A stretch of DNA of 44,670 nucleotides, from assembly GCA_001642005.1 (NCBI GenBank), contig LWCA01000173.1, positions 1-44,670 of the forward strand, written 5' to 3'. Positions 38,101 to 44,670 of this stretch are shown piece after piece. How positions within the stretch are numbered: position 1 is the first letter of the stretch; each line of letters opens with the position of its first letter. The notes under the pieces were generated by a model. It had not been told where the DNA came from, did no database searches, and worked only from the letters and a program-made list of their open reading frames with translations. Made by a program: the position numbers and the translations under genes. The stretch comes from Intoshia linei. Taxonomy: Eukaryota > Animalia > Orthonectida.

Positions 38101-40730
38101 AAAAAAGAGAGCAATTAACTCCACCGACAAACATGTTGTATAATGGAGATATGGTATTTTCATACACATCTTTAACTTTCTTTTTAGTCCCATACACATT
38201 CGAAAATCTACATGTAAATGTGACATTGAATAATTGAAATTAATTTATTATGCAAGTATCCAATAACTCATGGTTAGCGTATTGCTTGATACATTTATCT
38301 TTTTTTACACAATTTACAAATTGTTAATAAACAAAAATTTCAAGTATTAAACGTACATATTATGCGTATATTGTGCGATTACATTGTACGCTTTACAATT
38401 TTATTTTTTAGGTCTGTTTATACCAGTAATTCTCAACCTGGGGGTATTTACCCACGAGTGGGTAATTTGATATTTTTCATGGGCAATCGCGAAATTTGTT
38501 TTAAAAAATAGGAATTTTTATTTTTTTGTGCATTGCACAGTAACGTATTATATTATTTTTTCTAAATGATATAATAAAATGTAGTACTGTAATAAATGAA
38601 TATCCTTACTTATATAAAATTGAATGTCCGTGTCTGTGTTACAGTTTATTTAAAAATTAACAGTCGTATAATTTAAAAACACCAATTTATAATACAGTTT
38701 TTCGCAGCTGGTGTTTATGTCTAAGTTTTATTTGCCAAAATTGAGTCCTTCAGCGTCAAAAACCCAATTAACTCTTTTTTTTTTAAATAAAATCAACCCA
38801 AAATGTAAATTTAAAAAAACATCAGTTCTAGAATAGTTATCAAAATCATAAGCATTATCATTAATGGCAACCTCAAAACAGTGCATTTTCACGATAAAAA
38901 CTCTAGATTACCATTTTTTTAAAAAATAAAAAGTCTTAGAATTTTTTGAAAAATTATAGTTGATATAGCTTTATCTATTTAACATTAGTGATTGTACCGG
39001 GACAAAATTCCCGGGATATTTAATAATTTCCAGGGATTTTTACGATTTCCCGGGATTCCCCAAAAAAAATTGAGACATACCTGTATCTAATTTATGAAAA
39101 TATGATATTATAATATTTAAAATTTACCGTTTCAAAAATTCCACCACTAATAAAATTTAATGAAAAATACCATTTCAAGCCCTCATGGAAAAATTGACTT
39201 ACACAATATTCTTTTTAAAAATCCGATTTTACAAAGTCTAATGAAAAAAATCCACTTCATCAAACGACAAATAAAAAATCTAATTTTCCAGCCCTTAATG
39301 GAAAAATATCTTTTTTCTAATACTTTTTTAAAAACTTCTTATTTCAACCACAAATTACTAACGCTTAAGGGAATTATCCTTTTTTTCCAATATTATGAGT
39401 TGTTACGAACTGGAACGCTATCATCAAGATTGTTAAAATTAAGAAGCCCTTATGACCGTTTAACCTACGTCAACACAAAATGAAAGAAATTTTTCTACGG
39501 CTTCTAATTTCGTTACAAAAAGTAGAACGCGTTTAAAAAACGAATCTATCAATATTATGTCTGTTTTGAAACACTTTTTCAACAATCTAAAATAAATAAA
39601 TTTATTTCTAATTAAATTTGTAAATTTCAATTTAGATTCGTGTTATTTCATTAATTAAATTTCTTTTTGTTTCTAAAATTAATTAGTGTCTCTAAAATTT
39701 TTAATGCTTCTATATTATATATGAATAAAATTTTTTTATTTTTCCAGGGAAATCACAATCACTAGTTAACACACACTAAAATTTCAATCTGACAAAGTGA
39801 TGCCTTCACAATCAAAAAAGCACCTTAGTATTAATATTTTTTATTTTGAAACTATTTTAGGATAAATCACGACAGCGAATCGACACAGTCCGAAAAAGTT
39901 AAAAACACAAATCATAAGTCAGTTTTTTGTGGTACAGCGAGTAAGATAGATTTAACTATTAGAAATTGGCATCTTTATTGGAAAAAACAAAATTTACTCC
40001 AGTTTTAGAAAAATAAAAATTTAAATATAGTACATTATTTATTCTTCCTACAATTTCAAAAAAAATTAGGAATTAATTTACTATTTTGTAAAATTAGTTT
40101 TTTCAAAATTTTAATAAAATTATTACAAAATCTATATGGCTCTGGTTTTAAAAACCTGACCATCCAATATGCAGTTAACAAAATATTGTGGGTAATATCA
40201 AAATAAGCACTATAATAAGGGTAATCTAGTAAAAAAGATTGGGAAACACTGGTTTATACGATGGCTGTCAAAGCATTGAAATATAGAATTTAGAAAATCT
40301 GATTATAATTTTAAACAATTTTTTTTTAAAAATAATAATTATTATTAATTAGTGTTTCTAGACTTCATCAGATTTTTTTAAAAAAATGATGAATTATACG
40401 ATAAGATTAACATTTTTGGGACTAACAATATATTTTGTAGTATTCATCAAAATTGAAGTGTCAAGTTTCATATATTATTCATTATGCCATAATATAATTA
40501 TGATATTTTATTGCAGTAGTGTCATTATCTGGATTATACTTGTACGTGCATACAATTTTAAAATGATTTCATATAAATTGTACAATGTACATGTAAATTC
40601 TTTAACAGCTTAAAAATTACCTAGTGTAATTTCCAGTTTTTTGGGTGGAAATACTATTATCCTTTACATAAAAAGTAGAATTTACGCTTTTATTAGCCAA
40701 GTAAATTTTTGCATCAACTTCTATGTTCAT
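32147..40730 (-). CDS. CCDC78-like coiled-coil protein with N-terminal degenerate kinesin motor domain; some central exons near 33900-34600 uncertain
   Basis: Exon 40730-40621 (MNIEVDAKI...GNYTR) splices in phase 2 to 38207 (FSNVYG...VYENTISPLYNMFVGGVNCSLFLF). Later kinesin-fold landmarks: ISFQCFHIHDESIVDIL, HGPSLKNCT, STFSFIIVRGIE, RQTSLTFLLEDILHNNCKTRAL. Coiled-coil tail: INKELSLKILNFVN, YRQKLEKYILDF, LKEELDNYRNYINNKLK* (TAG at 32147-32149), resembling CCDC78 as recalled. Confidence 0.7.
35015..35480 (-). repeat. Dispersed repeat, inverted copy of 39290-39505 and 8160-8300/8921-8970
   Basis: tttctttcattttgtgttgacgtaggtt...cggtcataagggcttc is the reverse complement of 39443-39490. Confidence 0.7.
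36128..36330. mobile_element. Short hAT (Buster-type) MITE
   Basis: Ends CAGTG and cactg, internal ggggtcgcg repeats, TSD TTGTAGAG/TTCTAGAG (7/8 match). Confidence 0.8.
38603..40020 (+). mobile_element. Helitron nested in the hAT element
   Basis: 5' end A|TCCTTACTTATATAAAATTGAATGTC. Helitron-family sequence resumes at 39765 (gttaacacacactaaaatttcaatctgac). Right boundary approximate. Confidence 0.7.
38986..39764. mobile_element. hAT MITE (TAG-type TIR) nested in the Helitron
   Basis: TIR TAGTGATTGT / acaatcacta, subterminal cccggga repeats, degenerate TSD TTTAACAT/GTTAACAC (6/8). Confidence 0.75.
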
Positions 40731-42176
40731 TACAAATCCACTAATTTGTCCTATATTTTTATATCTATACTCTACAAAAATTGATTCGTTTTTTTAACTA
40801 GCAATATAGGACATTACGACCAAATACATATTAATATTAAATGGGTTAACAAAACATAAATATTTAATGTTTTCTCCATTCTTTCAGTATGTAACAATAC
40901 ATTTTGTAATTTGTACAAGTCTGTGATTGCTGTAGTTTTCAAAATTTTAAACACTTTGAAATTATATCAGATCAATGTTAATTTAATTTATTGTAATGAT
41001 TATTAATGTTATAATTTAATTTTTTCTGATTTGTGAATAAAACATTAATATTGTTGTAACATTTACAGCATGAATGTGTTATATAAGCCATTCTAGCATT
41101 TTCGGTTTCTTCCTTAAGTCCTGAAGTCCTAAACTAAATTTTAATTTATAATGTAATATTCATTAATTTCAAAAATGAAATTGGCGATTCTTCATAGTTG
41201 ATAATGGCTGATTTAAATTTTAAACTATAAAATAAATTTATTTGCTCAATTCTCAATAAGAACCGTTCTATTTCTTCAAATTAAGAAGTTAATAAAAAAT
41301 TTCTTAAAATCCCCCGTGAAAGTTTGTTTAATACCAAAAATTTATAAAAACCCTTTAAAAATTTGGTTAAAACAAACTAATTTACATAAAATAATTTTAA
41401 CAAAATTTTTTAAAAAAGCGACCATTTACAAGAAAAAAATTTTCAAATAATTTACTCGATTTTTTACATTTTTGTTGGATTGTTTAGATTCGAAATTATT
41501 GTCAATTACTCATGTGATTTTGTTAAATTTAATTGTTTTAATCAACTTATTAATTTATTAACTTTATTATCCATCACTTATAAAGGACCCATGTTAAAAA
41601 AATTTTTTTTTGATCCCAAAGGAAATATGAAATATAAAAATTTTAAATGTTTTTTTTTATAAGATTTTGTTAAATCATGCTTTTGAAAAAAATATTAAAA
41701 AAGGGATTCTCCTATGGATGATTTAAATGGTAATTACTACATTAATTACATATATCAATGTAATTAATGACAATAGAAAAATAGCTCATTGTACCGCTTG
41801 GGGTGCATGCGCCTCTTTTAAGAAAAAATAATATAGTAAATCCCTAGTATATTAAAAAATGTAGAATCGATCTCTAAAAAGTCAAGTTGGCCATCCCTGT
41901 CTTAAAAGGACTTACACTATAGGTCTCACCATGATATAATTAAGAGAAATACATAAAAAATTTTTGCAGATTCCTTAGATTTTTTAATTTAGTAATTAAT
42001 AAGAACTTAAACATGTTGAATTGAAGATGACAATGATGAAATCATAATTTCACCATTTTAAAACTACTTAGAAATTAAAAGGATTTTTGCAAATTTCTAT
42101 TTCGCCTGCAATGTTAAATTATAGAAATATAGACAATTTATTCACTTTGTAGAAAATAATTAAAAATCTGAAAACT

Positions 42177-43698
42177 TTAATACAATAAAAAGATAACAAA
42201 AAACAAAATAATTGATACTTTAAGATTCTTGGCAGTATTAAAAGGAATAGTATAATTTAAATTTGAATATGATAAATTTCTTTGATTTTTGATATTGATT
42301 ATTTCGTTAAACAGTTGGCAATTGGTCTGATAATCAAATCGCATGTAAATTGGATCGGCTAATGCATTGTCAATCATTTGGTAAATAATGGGAGGTTTAT
42401 TATAAGAACAATTTGAAAAAATGGATTTAAGACAATTTTTAAAGTTTTCCATTTTAGAATTAATAATTAGTTTTCTGGGGGACATTTCACAATAGAATTC
42501 GGTCGCAGTTATTCCAGACATTACTTGATTTGTTGTATATTGAGGAGAACAAGTGTCTTCAATTTTACTGTAACATGCCACCATATTACTGTATTCTAAT
42601 AAAAATTATAAAAAAATTACAATTAAATAACCATCTATATTGGGCCCGCAAATGACGTTCATTTTGGTAAGATATACGCGTAATTCTGAATTGTAGTCAT
42701 ATAAAAGCTTTAAATTTTTTCCACATTTTTCGTTGACTGATTTCATGCAATTTAGATAATTTTCAAAATAACTAGAAATTTTTAAGTATATAAAAAAATA
42801 AAAAATTACGTGCACTTTTGAAACAACGTTTCAGTATTATCTGTTGACAAGAGATCATTTTCCACCGAAAAATTGACCAATTTATAATCCAGAAAGATTT
42901 CACTGCAGTACAAGATTTTATCAATTTCACTCAATGTACATTTTCCAGTATTTTTATTTTTACTTATCAACTTGCATCCATTATCAGATAAAAATGTAAT
43001 CGATTTCAGTTCCAACAATCGCAAGTAAAATGTATATAATTCTTTAAAAGAAAAATTAACAAAAAAGGAAATTTTGCAGTTTATCATATCATTGAAAAGT
43101 CTAATATATATAGTGATACTTTTAGCAAAATAAATAATAATATAAATTTACCTGCACTCAATTTTTGAAGTGTCAATTAGCAGCGAATTATTGTACTTGT
43201 GGGCAATATATCCAAGAAAATCATTCCGGTTGAAATCATACTGATTCTGGCAGGCTTTTATTATTATGTGATTAAAATTTTCTTCTAAAAATGTGTGGGA
43301 GTCGTCATAAAATGAGCAATTCAAGTTTCTCGTATTGAACGTTCGACATTGACATTTGAACCACTCTTCCACAATTGCAAATTTCTCCTTGTACTGTGTG
43401 TATTCAGCACATTGAGTTAAAGTCCTATTAATGCATTTCTGGAAATCATTAAAACTCCTAAAAAATTATAATAGCTATCCTTAAAATTAATGTACCTGCA
43501 AGTGTAGTTTTTGATTTCGCCTCCTTCGCCTATCGAAACAAATTTGTCCATATAATCCAAGTATTGCCTTGCAAAATTGTTATGTAGGCATTTTGCAATC
43601 ATTACATTCAAGTTTTTACAGTCATTTATAATTTTCACATTTAAATTTACACTAATTTTCAATAAACAGAAAAGTACCAAAAAAACATACACGCTCAT
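42177..43698 (-). CDS. Secreted Cys-rich helical-repeat protein, probably GPI-anchored (DUF19/T20D4.11-like pattern)
   Basis: Exons 43698-43496, 43457-43152, 43100-42810, 42771-42632 and 42595-42177 are in frame. Signal peptide MSVYVFLVLFCLLKISVN. Repeating units CRSFNDFQKC, CRLFNDMINC and CTYFENYLNC each have a phase-2 intron just after the first Cys. Hydrophobic C-terminus NTAKNLKVSIILFFVIFLLY*. Confidence 0.75.
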
Positions 43699-44670
43699 AA
43701 CTGTTTTTCAAAATATAAATACTTATCCAAATTTTAGAATATACAAATCAATTCATTCTACTCATTTAATTGAAATGAGCAATGATCAGTTACAAAATTC
43801 GTTTCATTTGCCGATAATTAGTATATCTACTCAATTAACACAACATAATTTTATCACATTACTATTACATTTGTAGTCTTACATTTATTATAAGAAAACA
43901 CAATACAATGCATCACAAGAGTAATCCGATATTTTATATTAGATGTATAAAATCTTGATTTTTTCTACATTATGTGCACAACTTGATAGATATTTTTTTG
44001 CAGTACTTAGCTATTAATAATTAAATCAATACATAATTAAATTATAAATTGGTACTGCCAGCCAAACATTATCGATTCATTAAAATTTAAATCCCGTTAT
44101 AATATTTACTTCTCAAATATAGAATTATAATTGAGGTGAACAAAATAACTTAATTTAAATTAAATCAGAATTAATACATGATTTAAAAAATCGAATAACA
44201 AACACTTTTAAAATTGGGGTAGGACAATTTTATGAAATGATGGTTGCGTCGAGTGGTTCAAATAGATTACAGTCGTTAGAATTTAAACCACCTATATGAT
44301 TATAATACTTTTTAGAAGAAATAATTAACTTGTGAAATAAATATAAAGCAAGTCAACAGATTTCATTATATTTATTGATGTATTTATAATTATTAAAAAT
44401 AAAACACAAATTCGTGTAAATTAGGGCTTGAAATCGATTTTATAAAACCGATTAAAACCGATTTTTATGTAATGATCGTCAATCCAAAATCAAATTTTTG
44501 TAATTTGTAATATTTGTTTTAATATTCGTAATTTTAATATTTTACTTTTTATATCCGCCTTTCGATTTTGGATTCTCTTAGGTAAGTCAATAGAAGATTT
44601 ACAGGGGTTTATTTAGAATAAAATTACATTTGTTATGATCTTTTAATATCAATATTCTCTTTATTGATAT

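Larger units (their letters stand above)
38424..40251. mobile_element. hAT (Buster-type) element hosting nested insertions
   Basis: TIRs CAGTAATTCTCAACCT and gattgggaaacactg. Perfect 8-bp TSD GTTTATAC. Confidence 0.85.

Noticed and set aside
39160-39483. 107-aa plus-strand ORF
   Set aside because: Lies inside a dispersed repeat within nested transposons, and the other copies are degenerate.
40830-42110. Exon-like stretches between the kinesin-like and DUF19-like genes
   Set aside because: Could not be assembled into a consistent open reading frame.
43577-43876. Plus-strand ORFs (also 15548-15763, 18354-18545, 18750-18965, 30053-30283)
   Set aside because: Antisense shadows of minus-strand exons or of a hAT remnant.

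Overview
Very AT-rich eukaryotic (animal) DNA with many tiny GT-AG introns, commonly 34-45 nt, which is why the ORF track misses nearly every real gene. Manual splicing gives six protein-coding genes, all on the minus strand: (1) a SUEL-lectin/CUB-like/sushi-like secreted or receptor protein at ~1849-3197, 3' end unresolved; (2) a LAMP-domain-like protein at 9436-11337; (3) an apparently intact 46-exon gene at 13329-26996 encoding a ~1,470-aa Cys-rich surface protein, with a signal peptide, ~36 CxxC repeat modules almost all on their own symmetric phase-1 exon, a Cys-poor central insert, a C-terminal Ly6/uPAR three-finger domain and a GPI-type signal; (4) a CLCC1/MCLC-like membrane protein at 28389-29008, 5' end unresolved; (5) a CCDC78-like coiled-coil protein carrying a kinesin motor domain with degenerate nucleotide-binding motifs at 32147-40730; (6) a Cys-rich, probably GPI-anchored protein at 42177-43698. 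Intergenic DNA and long introns are full of non-autonomous Helitrons, hAT elements (several with 8-bp TSDs, some nested), a piggyBac MITE and a foldback-like repeat. Intron size, composition and the annelid-type lectin suggest a compact spiralian parasite genome such as an orthonectid; this is inference and was not verified. The best candidate for an undescribed system is the giant VSP-like/Ly6 surface-antigen gene, whose exon layout would allow in-frame combinatorial splicing. All family calls come from motif recognition by eye; no database searches were run.
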